Shown in pieces: positions 38,090-47,228 of a stretch of DNA of 64,000 nucleotides. A program made the translations under genes and the position numbers. Every line of letters begins with the position of its first letter. Position 1 is the first letter of the stretch. The DNA lies in assembly GCA_020634975.1 (NCBI GenBank), contig JACKAQ010000001.1, positions 297,808-361,807 on the forward strand. The letters run 5' to 3'. Below the pieces are notes generated by a model that was not told the origin of the DNA, searched no databases, and saw only the letters and a program-made list of their open reading frames with translations. Origin of the DNA: Calditrichia bacterium (GTDB taxonomy: Bacteria; Calditrichota; Calditrichia; RBG-13-44-9; J075).

Positions 38090-39100
38090 ATGAAAAATAT
38101 TGCCCATAACATTATCAAATTTGTCATCAAGGAAAACCTGCACCGCATTTTGCTGATCATGTTGTTGCTGATTGTTTTCGGTGCGGTGGGCATGGCGATT
38201 TTTGAGCCGAATGTCAATTGGGATAACGCATTGTGGTGGAGTATCGTCACGTTGACCACTGTCGGATATGGCGATATTGCGCCAACTACGTTCGGCGGGC
38301 GCATCGTTGGATCGATCATCATGATTTTGGGTATCGGCATTTTGGGGATGTTCACGGCAACCATCGCCAGCGTATTTGTGGAGCAAAAACTGAAAGTGAA
38401 TCGCGGAATGAGTAATTACGATTTCACCAATCACACGATTATTTGTGAATGGAATTATCGCGCCAAAGAAATTTTGAGAGAGCTGCGTTCAGACAGTCGC
38501 GTGCTGGATCAACCCATCATTTTGATCGCAGATATCGACGAAAAACCGGTGAATGACGAAAATCTCCATTTCATCAAAGGCGAAGTGGACGAAGCAAATT
38601 TGCAGCGCGCCAATATTGCGGCTGCAAAAACGGTCGTCATTCTCGGCGATGACAAATTGGATAACAACGCCCGCGATGCGCAAGTGGTGCTCGCTGCGCT
38701 GATTATCGAATCCATCAACCCGAGCGCTTACACAATTGTGGAATTGGTGAACGAACAAAACGTGGCGCATTGCCGTAAAGCGCATGTGGACGAAATTATT
38801 GTTTTAAATGAGTTTAGCAGCCGCCTAATTGCCCGCGCAGCGCTCGATCACGGTATTTCGAAAGTGATGAGCGAACTGCTCAGCGCCAGCACCGGCAACA
38901 ATTTGTATCAGGTGCCGGTGCCCCGCGAACTGGCAGATCAATCATTTCTGGTTGTGTTTTCGGAGATGAAACGCACCCGGAACAGCATTGTTCTGGCGGT
39001 GTATCGCCGGGATCAGGATATCGTAATTTCCAACCCGGATGTGGATTTGAAAGTAGCAGCGAACGACCAGTTGGTCATCGTTTCGCAAAACGAACAGTAA
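38090..39100 (+). CDS. MthK-like K+ channel (2TM pore plus RCK/TrkA-N domain)
   Basis: The selectivity filter is TLTTVGYGD, followed by an RCK Rossmann domain. Confidence 0.85.
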   Translation: MKNIAHNIIKFVIKENLHRILLIMLLLIVFGAVGMAIFEPNVNWDNALWWSIVTLTTVGYGDIAPTTFGGRIVGSIIMILGIGILGMFTATIASVFVEQKLKVNRGMSNYDFTNHTIICEWNYRAKEILRELRSDSRVLDQPIILIADIDEKPVNDENLHFIKGEVDEANLQRANIAAAKTVVILGDDKLDNNARDAQVVLAALIIESINPSAYTIVELVNEQNVAHCRKAHVDEIIVLNEFSSRLIARAALDHGISKVMSELLSASTGNNLYQVPVPRELADQSFLVVFSEMKRTRNSIVLAVYRRDQDIVISNPDVDLKVAANDQLVIVSQNEQ

Positions 39101-39114
39101 TTTGAGGTGATGAA

Positions 39115-39480
39115 ATGTCCCTTTTTTCGAGAATCGCAGGAATTATTCGCGCTAACCTGAATTTCCGGCGCGATGATGTTGACATCGACGATAGCGTTTA
39201 CGAAGAAATTCGTGATTCGCAGCGCGAATATCAACGCCAAAAACAGCAGCGCAACGATGCCAATCATCACCGGAATGACGATCCGTTGGCCAAACACTAC
39301 GCCAATCTTGAAGTGCCGTACGGCTCGGATCTGGAAACTGTCACCAAATCGTGGAAAGCGTTGCTGCGCAAATATCACCCGGATATTCATTCCGGCGATC
39401 CCGAAAAACAGAAAATTGCGAATCAACTTGTTCAGGAATTAAACCAATCTTATAATGAGTTGAAAAAAAAGTTACGCTAA
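39115..39480 (+). CDS. J-domain protein (C-terminal DnaJ domain) with a PspA-like N-terminal amphipathic helix
   Basis: The J domain is DLETVTKSWKALLRKYHPDIHSGDPEKQKIANQLVQELNQSY (HPD motif). The N-terminus MSLFSRIAGIIRANLN parallels MGIFSRIFKIF and MNIFQRITKLVEANVN of the two PspA paralogs. Confidence 0.65.
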   Translation: MSLFSRIAGIIRANLNFRRDDVDIDDSVYEEIRDSQREYQRQKQQRNDANHHRNDDPLAKHYANLEVPYGSDLETVTKSWKALLRKYHPDIHSGDPEKQKIANQLVQELNQSYNELKKKLR

Positions 39481-39556
39481 AAATTGATCATAAATAATTG
39501 TTTTCATTAGGATTAATCAACACAATTAATTCACTATTACAACAGGAGGCTAACGT

Positions 39557-39958
39557 ATGGCCATGTTTAGCAAATTCGAAATGGTTAAGGATTATTTAAT
39601 GGAACTCGGCTTTGCGATTATTCGCGAAGATGAGGATGAAGAGATCGTGGTTGTAAATGATCCCGATAATGGCATCAACAATATGGTCATCGATTGCGAA
39701 GACCCGATTGTGATTATGGAGCAATTGATTATGGAAGTGCCGGAAAAACCCGGTGATTTGTATGAAAAATTGCTGAAAATGAACCGCACACTGGTTCACG
39801 GCGCATTTGTGCTGGATGAAGAAGGCAAACGCGTTATTTATCGCGATACGCTGCAGTTGGAAAATCTCGATAAAAATGAGCTGGAAGCCTCGATTGTCGC
39901 GCTTTCCATGGGCATTGCAGAATTTGGCAGCGAGTTGCTGAAATACGCAAAACGCTAA
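39557..39958 (+). CDS. YbjN-like small acidic protein (candidate PspA-associated partner)
   Basis: It has an AGGAGG ribosome-binding site and 133 aa. It lies immediately upstream of the second pspA. Confidence 0.45.
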   Translation: MAMFSKFEMVKDYLMELGFAIIREDEDEEIVVVNDPDNGINNMVIDCEDPIVIMEQLIMEVPEKPGDLYEKLLKMNRTLVHGAFVLDEEGKRVIYRDTLQLENLDKNELEASIVALSMGIAEFGSELLKYAKR

Positions 39959-40021
39959 TTTTTTTATCGCTTAACTATTTGATAATATTTAATTTGAAAC
40001 CAAACTTCAGGAGATAAAAAG

Positions 40022-40741
40022 ATGGGTATTTTTTCGCGCATATTCAAAATTTTCCAGTCGGAGGCGCATTCAGTTGTGGATCAACTGGAAGATCCGATCA
40101 AATTGACCGAACAGGGCATTCGCGATTTGAAAAAAGATTTGGCGCAAGCCATGCGTAGCCTGGCGGAAGTGAAATCGTTGTCCATCCGCATGCGCAAAGA
40201 CGGCGAAGACCAGAAAAAGCTTGCTGCCGATTACGAACGCAAAGCCATGATGCTGCTCCAACGCGCCCAAAGCGGCGAACTGGACGCCGCAGAAGTTGAC
40301 CGTTTGGCAACCGAAGCGCTCACCAAAAAAGAAGATTCCTCACGCCGCGCACAGGAATTTATGACCAATCACGAGCAGCAGCAGAAAATGGCTGACCAGT
40401 TGCAGAACAAAGTGAACAAACTGAAATCTGCGATTTCCAAATATGAAAACGAGTTGGTCACTCTTCGCGCCCGCGCCCGCACTGCGGAATCGATGAAAAA
40501 AATCAACAAACAAATGGCGCAAGTTGATGCATCCAGCACCGTTGCGATGCTCGAAAAAATGAAAGACAAAGTGACCGAAGAAGAATCGCTGGCGGAAGCC
40601 TACGGCGAAATGGCCGACACAACCAAATCCGTTGACGAAGAAATTGACAAAGCGTTGGCGGGTGCGTCTGTGGATGCCGCAAAAGATTCGCTGGCAGCGC
40701 TAAAAGCCAAAATGGGCTTAAAAGAAGGCGATGCCAAATAG
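40022..40741 (+). CDS. pspA: PspA/IM30 family protein, paralog 2
   Basis: The N-terminus MGIFSRIFKIFQSEAHSVVDQLEDPIKLTEQGIRDLKKDL is followed by a coiled coil. Confidence 0.8.
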   Translation: MGIFSRIFKIFQSEAHSVVDQLEDPIKLTEQGIRDLKKDLAQAMRSLAEVKSLSIRMRKDGEDQKKLAADYERKAMMLLQRAQSGELDAAEVDRLATEALTKKEDSSRRAQEFMTNHEQQQKMADQLQNKVNKLKSAISKYENELVTLRARARTAESMKKINKQMAQVDASSTVAMLEKMKDKVTEEESLAEAYGEMADTTKSVDEEIDKALAGASVDAAKDSLAALKAKMGLKEGDAK

Positions 40742-40779
40742 TTGTTTTTTAATCAGTTGTAATTTTTTTAATAAAAAAA

Positions 40780-40808
40780 GGGGCGTATTTAACACACGCC
40801 CCTTTTTT
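40780..40808. terminator. Bidirectional rho-independent terminator
   Basis: A GGGGCGT...ACGCCCC hairpin is followed by T6. It lies between pspA2 and the convergent rfbC. Confidence 0.6.
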
Positions 40809-40858
40809 ATTCCAAATTGATTTTTTGCGAGCCACAAACAATCGTTTGCCAAAAATAC

Positions 40859-41419
40859 TCAGTATTCGGGCAACACATCTTTCGGCGCATTTTTCAACGC
40901 CGGGTGCAATTCGTCTTTCGGCGATAAAACCGGATTTACATCCAGTTGCCAGTCGATGCCAATTTCCGGATCGGACCATTGGATGCCGTATTCATCTTTT
41001 CCGTCGTAAAAATCCGTGCATTTATAGGTCACGTTCGCGGTTTCGCTGACCACGTAAAATCCGTGGGCGAATCCCGGCGGCACATAAATTTGCCATTTGT
41101 TGCGTTCGGAAAGCGTTACACCGACCCATTTTCCAAACGTTGGCGAGCCTTTGCGGATGTCCACTGCCACATCAAAAATTTCGCCGGAAACCGCCTGAAC
41201 CAGTTTGCCCTGCGGGCGTTTCAATTGATAATGCAATCCCCTCAAAATGCCTTTTGTGGAAAACGAGTGATTGTCCTGCACAAAATTTTCGCGAATACCG
41301 GCTTCGGCGTATTTTTCCGCATGAAATGTTTCCATAAAAAAGCCGCGCGGATCGCGGAACACCCGCGGCTTGATAACCAGAACTTCCGGAATTTCCGTTG
41401 GCTCAACCGTAATCGACAT
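40859..41419 (-). CDS. rfbC: dTDP-4-dehydrorhamnose 3,5-epimerase
   Basis: RGFFMETF...RGLHYQ...KLVQAVSGEIFDVAVDIR is a cupin RmlC signature. Confidence 0.9.
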   Translation of the reverse strand: MSITVEPTEIPEVLVIKPRVFRDPRGFFMETFHAEKYAEAGIRENFVQDNHSFSTKGILRGLHYQLKRPQGKLVQAVSGEIFDVAVDIRKGSPTFGKWVGVTLSERNKWQIYVPPGFAHGFYVVSETANVTYKCTDFYDGKDEYGIQWSDPEIGIDWQLDVNPVLSPKDELHPALKNAPKDVLPEY

Positions 41420-41422
41420 GAA

Positions 41423-42814
41423 CTAACGCCTCTTTTGTTTGGGTTTTAACGTTGGCGATCCGACCGCCAGATATGTGTATCCGTGCGCAACCAGATCTTC
41501 GTAATCGGGAATCATCCGCCGCCCGTCGATGATGAGATACGGCGGCGAAACCGTGTTCTCGATAATCGATGAAAGCCCGCGAAATTCCTCCCAATCGGTA
41601 GAAATAAACAGCGCATCACTGTCGATCAGCGCCTCCCGGACCGATTTGCTATACACAATTTTCTGATAATCCGGTGATTTTTCGGGTTCATAATATTTTT
41701 TTGCTTCCTCAATTGCCAGCGGATCGTATGCCTGAATCCGGCGAACGCCGTATCCGAGCAGCGTTTCGATAGCTTTTAGGGATGACGCATCCCGGATATC
41801 ATTTGTCTGTTTTTTGAAAGCTAACCCTAATATTGATATAACTTTACCTTCAAAATTAAAATTAGCTTCCTGAATCGCTTTTTTCACCAGATAGGTTTTC
41901 TGGAATTCGTTGATCTCGAAAGTGGATTCCAACAATCGGGTGTTCACATCGTGCTTTTTCAATTGAAAAATAAGCGACTGAATATCTTTGCCAAAACAAC
42001 TGCCGCCCGCGCCGTTGCTCATGTACGATCCCCAGGTGCTGATGCGCTCATCGGCGGTTACGCCGCGCCGCAAATCATCCACCCGGACGTTGGCAATTTT
42101 TTCCCCGATGCGTGCGCCAACACCATTCCAAAATGAAATGTAAGTGAGCAGCAACGTGTTGGAAACGTATTTGATCGCCTCGGCGGTTTCCGGCGTGGTT
42201 TCAATATATTTAATCCGCACATGATTGACAAATTGGGAATACACCCGCCGCAAAATTTTGAAATCATCTTTACTGTCGCAGCCGACCACCACCCGCGATG
42301 GTTTTCGCGCCTGCGAAACCGCCGTTCCCTCCGCCAGAAATTCCGGATTGGTGGCGATGCCCACGTTTTTTGCGCCGTGTTCGTGTAAAATGCGCTGCAA
42401 CCGGCGGATCGTGCCAATCGGCACGGTGCTTTTATCGGTGATCACCACCCGCCGGAGATCGCTGCGTTTTGCCAATAACGCGGCAATTTTATGCACGGCG
42501 CTATCATATAATTCCAGATTGCTGGAGCCATCCGCATTGGCCGGTGCCGGCAGGCACAGAAAAATAACGTCCGTGCCTTCGATAATTTCATCAATTTTAT
42601 GGGTGAAAAACAGATGTTTGCCAAGGTTATCACTAATGATATCCGCCAGTCCGGGCTCGTTGACAAACTGGTGAATCCGTTCGGGATTTCCGGTTGCGTA
42701 TGCATCAATTTTTGCTGGATTGGTATCGTATCCGTGCACCTCGTGCCCGTATTCCGAGCAGATTGCGGCGTGCACCAACCCCACATAACCTGTGCCGGCA
42801 ACAATAATTTTCAT
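41423..42814 (-). CDS. UDP-glucose/GDP-mannose-dehydrogenase-family nucleotide-sugar dehydrogenase
   Basis: It has an N-terminal GTGYVG Rossmann motif and the catalytic GGSCFGKD. Confidence 0.85.
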   Translation of the reverse strand: MKIIVAGTGYVGLVHAAICSEYGHEVHGYDTNPAKIDAYATGNPERIHQFVNEPGLADIISDNLGKHLFFTHKIDEIIEGTDVIFLCLPAPANADGSSNLELYDSAVHKIAALLAKRSDLRRVVITDKSTVPIGTIRRLQRILHEHGAKNVGIATNPEFLAEGTAVSQARKPSRVVVGCDSKDDFKILRRVYSQFVNHVRIKYIETTPETAEAIKYVSNTLLLTYISFWNGVGARIGEKIANVRVDDLRRGVTADERISTWGSYMSNGAGGSCFGKDIQSLIFQLKKHDVNTRLLESTFEINEFQKTYLVKKAIQEANFNFEGKVISILGLAFKKQTNDIRDASSLKAIETLLGYGVRRIQAYDPLAIEEAKKYYEPEKSPDYQKIVYSKSVREALIDSDALFISTDWEEFRGLSSIIENTVSPPYLIIDGRRMIPDYEDLVAHGYTYLAVGSPTLKPKQKRR

Positions 42815-43074
42815 GTCGAAGACCTCGCTGTAACATGTGGCAGAATCATTTTTCGCATTAGACTAAACCACCAAATAATGGCGCATCAATAATTTTGACA
42901 TCATACGATCAAATTGCCGGGGTGATTAATTGAGAGGCATTGCGAAAAAAAGATCATCGTACCGATAAGCATTTATTGAGCGATTTGCACAATCAATTGT
43001 CGCGAAAAGATTGTGCATCAATTTAAAGCAGTTATAAATTTTATCCAAAAAGATGAATTTAACTGAAGCTAAAA

Positions 43075-44982
43075 TTAATCATTCAGAAAACTCAATAATG
43101 TAATGTAGCGCAACATCAACCGTGGATTCAATTGTTTTTCTGTATTTTTCCGGCGAATTTGGTTGGCGATAAAATCCGGAATTCGCCGGTCGTGCCGGTC
43201 AATCGCATCTGCGGCCCAGCGTTTTACTGCCGGGTGTTGAAGGAATTTTCGCGCTTCCGCATCGGGATTTACGGCTGTTTTGCCGGTCGCCATATTTTTT
43301 CCGCCAACCAGATTTTGGCGGGTGATCATTCGTGCGGCTTCTTTAAACCGGTAAATTTGCGGCGCATCCAGCGGATTTCTGCCCCACAATTCGTTCGGTA
43401 AAATTGCGGCTTCCGGAAAATAAGTGTTCCAGTAATAATTATAGAGCCGGTCGCTGGCGCGAAGCGATTTGTCGGTATCGAGGCAGCTTTGCAGCACTTC
43501 GTAATCCAGAAACGGGCTGCTGCAGGCGGTGTGCTGCTGAACGCCGATCGCCTTCGCGACAGACAAACTGCGCGCCATTGTGAAATTGTGCAACGATTCC
43601 CGAAAATCCTCATGGGTGTGTCCGGCCAGCCGGTTGATTTCTAAAATGCCGCGCGCCGCGTTTAAAAACCAGCATTCGTAACCGAGCGTGAGAATCCCGC
43701 CAAGTTCCTCGTCCGGCAACGCATGCACATCGTTATAAAGCAACCGTTGGTAATGATTGATGCTTTTGATGGGCGTATTAAATTTATCCTCACCGCGAAT
43801 GTGGGAGATCATTCCGCGAACGTCGTTCGGCAAATCCAGAAAGCTCTGCCCGCCCATGATGCAATCGCCGCTCAATTCGTCCATAAAAAAACTGTCCGGC
43901 GAGTGCGATGCGCGATGCTGCCAATCGAAAACATCTGTGTGTTCCAGCGAGATCGCCAATCGCGTATGTCGTGCAATATTGTCCGAAAAATCGGGCAACA
44001 AATCCCAATTGACCGGCGCCGGGCGAACCGGCAGATTATAGTGTCGCGCCAGTTTCAACGCGGATTTGGATGCGCCGCGATTCCATAAATTCGGGCGAAA
44101 GCGCTGCAACCAGGTTGTCAGCAATTGGCTCGCGTAATCGTCGCGCAGCCCGATGTGATAATCCGCGTCGTCAAATCTGCTGAAATATTTGCTCAGCGCA
44201 TCGTGGACTTTTTCACCGGCGGCGGGCAATTCTTTTTCCCGGTACACCGGCGGTTTGAATTCGAAAATTGCCGGCGGCGTTTTGCCCAGTCGCTGCGATT
44301 CCAAATCCACCGTCAGGGTTTGCCCGGGCATCCGGCGCTCCACATTCTGGAACAGCGATTTCGCAAACGGTAAATAACCGTATTTCAGGAATTCCACCAC
44401 CGATTCTTCGGAAAGTTTAGCCACTTTCCGGAAAGCAAACGGGTTTCCGCTCAAAAAAAATCCGGATTCGGATTCCCAATAATACAGCGGCATAACCCCA
44501 TATTTATCGCCGGTAACCAGCAGTTTCTGGCGTTCTTTATCCACAATCACCAAATTGAACAACCCGCCGGCAATCGATTTCAGTCCTTTGGCAAGCGTGC
44601 TCACGCTGATTTTGTGAAGAAATTTCTGCAGGTTCACTTCGGCATCAATTGTGTTCACATCGTCGAGATAAAAATGGCCGTCCAGCAGCACGGCAAACGC
44701 CGGATTATCGACCACCTGCCACGAACTTTCCGAGACATCATTATTGGTCGTAATATTAATATTATCAAAGGAATAGAGCGAATTTGCAAAGGCGTGCACC
44801 TGCAAATATTGCGGCACAACTGCCAAGGTTGGCGCATTCTGGATTACGGGGTCAAAAACGGGAATAAAGCTTGCCGGAAAGCTGTGCTTCGCCGTTGGCG
44901 GCGAGGAAATCTGCCGGGTAAAAGCCCGGGAGGACTGGTTTTCAAAGCGTTTTCTATGTTCAAAATTGGATTGAAAATGCAT
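43075..44982 (-). CDS. Hypothetical protein with a degenerate asparagine-synthase(AsnB)-N-terminal-like region
   Basis: GGLFNLVIVDKERQKLLVTGDKYGVMPLYYWESESGFFLSGNPFAF resembles the AsnB Ntn region. There is no N-terminal Cys and no SGGxDS PP-loop. Confidence 0.35.
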   Translation of the reverse strand: MHFQSNFEHRKRFENQSSRAFTRQISSPPTAKHSFPASFIPVFDPVIQNAPTLAVVPQYLQVHAFANSLYSFDNINITTNNDVSESSWQVVDNPAFAVLLDGHFYLDDVNTIDAEVNLQKFLHKISVSTLAKGLKSIAGGLFNLVIVDKERQKLLVTGDKYGVMPLYYWESESGFFLSGNPFAFRKVAKLSEESVVEFLKYGYLPFAKSLFQNVERRMPGQTLTVDLESQRLGKTPPAIFEFKPPVYREKELPAAGEKVHDALSKYFSRFDDADYHIGLRDDYASQLLTTWLQRFRPNLWNRGASKSALKLARHYNLPVRPAPVNWDLLPDFSDNIARHTRLAISLEHTDVFDWQHRASHSPDSFFMDELSGDCIMGGQSFLDLPNDVRGMISHIRGEDKFNTPIKSINHYQRLLYNDVHALPDEELGGILTLGYECWFLNAARGILEINRLAGHTHEDFRESLHNFTMARSLSVAKAIGVQQHTACSSPFLDYEVLQSCLDTDKSLRASDRLYNYYWNTYFPEAAILPNELWGRNPLDAPQIYRFKEAARMITRQNLVGGKNMATGKTAVNPDAEARKFLQHPAVKRWAADAIDRHDRRIPDFIANQIRRKNTEKQLNPRLMLRYITLLSFLND

Positions 44983-45102
44983 TGGTGAATCCCTGCTTTC
45001 CGCAATTATTTAACTTCCGTGTGCGATTTTCGCACGCTCCGTTAATCGAAACTATCGGAGAAATGTGCGAAAATCATTACTTTTCAACCGGTTGGCAATT
45101 GA

Positions 45103-46161
45103 TCAGGCGTCGTTTCCGTAATGCTGCGAAATCCATTCCTGATATTGCCCGCTTTTGATTCGCGCCACCCATTCCGAATGATCGAGAAACCACTGAACGG
45201 TTTTGCGAATACCGCTCTCGAACGATTCTTCCGGCTGCCAGCCGAGTTCCGTGCGGATTTTGCTGAAATCGATGGCATATCGCCAATCGTGACCGGGACG
45301 ATCTTTCACAAAAGTGATCAGTTCGCGGCGCGATTTGCCACCGGATTCCGGCAGCAGTTCATCCACAATATCGCAAATCGTGTGCACCACATCCAGGTTG
45401 CGCATTTCGTTATCGCCGCCAATATTGTATGTTTCCCCGTGTTTGCCGGATGTCATAATTTGCCAGATCGCAGTGCAGTGATCGCGCACAAACAGCCAAT
45501 CGCGCACGTTTTGACCGTCGCCGTAAACCGGCAGTGCTTTGCCTTCGGCAGCGTTCAAAATCATCAGCGGAATCAGTTTTTCGGGAAATTGATACGGTCC
45601 GTAATTGTTCGAACAATTGGAAATCGTTACCGGAATGCCATACGTATGATTGTAGGCGCGCACCAAATGATCGGATGACGCTTTGGATGCCGAATATGGG
45701 CTTCGCGGTTGATACGGCGTGGTTTCCGTGAAAAATCCGGTTTCGCCGAGACTGCCGAACACCTCATCCGTGCTGACGTGGTGGAACAACGCCAGTTTTT
45801 CGCGGTTGTGGCGGGCTACTTCCAACAGGTTAAATGTCCCGATGACGTTGGTTTGGATAAATTCTCCCGGTCCGACAATCGAGCGATCCACATGCGATTC
45901 GGCTGCAAAATGACAAATGGTATCCACATCATGTTTGGCGAAAACGCGTTCGATGGCAGCGTAATCGCAAATATCAACTTGTTCAAAAAAATAACGTCCG
46001 GCAAATTGTTCGGCGATGTCCGACAAATTTTCCGGATTTCCGGCGTAAGTCAGTTTGTCCGCGTTTACAACGCGACCGCTAAATCCGGATTCTTCAAATA
46101 GATAGCGAATGAAATTAGCGCCGATAAAGCCACATCCGCCGGTAACTAAAATTGTTTTCAT
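45103..46161 (-). CDS. rfbB: dTDP-glucose 4,6-dehydratase
   Basis: It has [11 protein letters not shown] and the [11 protein letters not shown] catalytic YxxxK. Confidence 0.9.
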   Translation of the reverse strand: MKTILVTGGCGFIGANFIRYLFEESGFSGRVVNADKLTYAGNPENLSDIAEQFAGRYFFEQVDICDYAAIERVFAKHDVDTICHFAAESHVDRSIVGPGEFIQTNVIGTFNLLEVARHNREKLALFHHVSTDEVFGSLGETGFFTETTPYQPRSPYSASKASSDHLVRAYNHTYGIPVTISNCSNNYGPYQFPEKLIPLMILNAAEGKALPVYGDGQNVRDWLFVRDHCTAIWQIMTSGKHGETYNIGGDNEMRNLDVVHTICDIVDELLPESGGKSRRELITFVKDRPGHDWRYAIDFSKIRTELGWQPEESFESGIRKTVQWFLDHSEWVARIKSGQYQEWISQHYGNDA

Positions 46162-46373
46162 TGGTGCTTCCCGGTGTTGATTTTTCAGTGATTTTGTGTG
46201 CAGAAGATAACGGAAACGAACAATCGGATCAATTTAAAAATTCAAATTTCGGCGGGCAGTTCAATGATCGGGAAATTTTTCCCGCCGGGATTGGTAATCT
46301 GTGTCGCTGCAAAGGGTTTATCATCGGTAAACTGTTGCAAAATATGAGTTGATTTTCGAGAATCACGAAAGTA

Positions 46374-47213
46374 TTGTTGCATATGAAAAATACATTTATC
46401 CCTGAACTTCGTTCAATTGAACGCCCCAAAACGCCGTCGATCGGCTTTATTTTTTCGAACGGAAAAATTTTGCTCGCACCGGAAAACCCGGAAAATCCGT
46501 TACCGGATATATCGATAAACCCCTTTAATCAAACAAACTTACAGCGATTATTGAGCATCGGATTCTGGAATAATAACCCGTGCGTCGCAGCGGAATTACC
46601 AGATGACGCCGAAATTCCTGCGCCGTTCCAATGGCTGCCGTTGCGACAGTCTTTCGCTGTGTTAGGGGAAATCGCATTTTCGATTGCCGGACGCGCCCAC
46701 CACATGCAGCATTGGGATCGAACCCACCGGTTTTGCGGCAGTTGCGGCGCCCCGTTTCCGGCGGAACTGACCACAAATGTGAAAATTTGCAGCCGCTGCG
46801 ACGCCAGCCACTTCCCTACATTGTCACCGGCGGTGATTGTCGCGGTTACGCGCGGCAACGAAATTTTGCTGGCGCGATCCGCCCGCTTTCGCAACGCCAA
46901 AATGTTCAGCGTGTTGGCCGGATTTGTGGAACCCGGCGAAACGCTGGAATCCGCCGTTGCCCGCGAAGTTTATGAGGAAACACGCATCAGCGTGGAAAAC
47001 ATCCGTTATTTCGGCAGCCAGCCATGGCCGTTTCCGAATGCGCTAATGATAGGTTTTACAGCCACTTACGCCGACGGTGAAATTGATCTTGCAGATGATG
47101 AACTGGTTGAAGCCGGTTGGTTTTCCGCGAAAAATATGCCGCATTTATCGCAACCGCCGAGCATCGCCCGCAAATTGATCGATCATTTTTTGGCTGAAAA
47201 TGGAGTGGTGTGA
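46374..47213 (+). CDS. nudC: NAD+ diphosphatase (NudC, zinc ribbon plus Nudix)
   Basis: It has a CGSC...CSRC zinc ribbon and the Nudix box GFVEPGETLESAVAREVYEETRI. Confidence 0.85.
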   Translation: MLHMKNTFIPELRSIERPKTPSIGFIFSNGKILLAPENPENPLPDISINPFNQTNLQRLLSIGFWNNNPCVAAELPDDAEIPAPFQWLPLRQSFAVLGEIAFSIAGRAHHMQHWDRTHRFCGSCGAPFPAELTTNVKICSRCDASHFPTLSPAVIVAVTRGNEILLARSARFRNAKMFSVLAGFVEPGETLESAVAREVYEETRISVENIRYFGSQPWPFPNALMIGFTATYADGEIDLADDELVEAGWFSAKNMPHLSQPPSIARKLIDHFLAENGVV

Positions 47214-47228
47214 ATCGCGGAGCTGATC

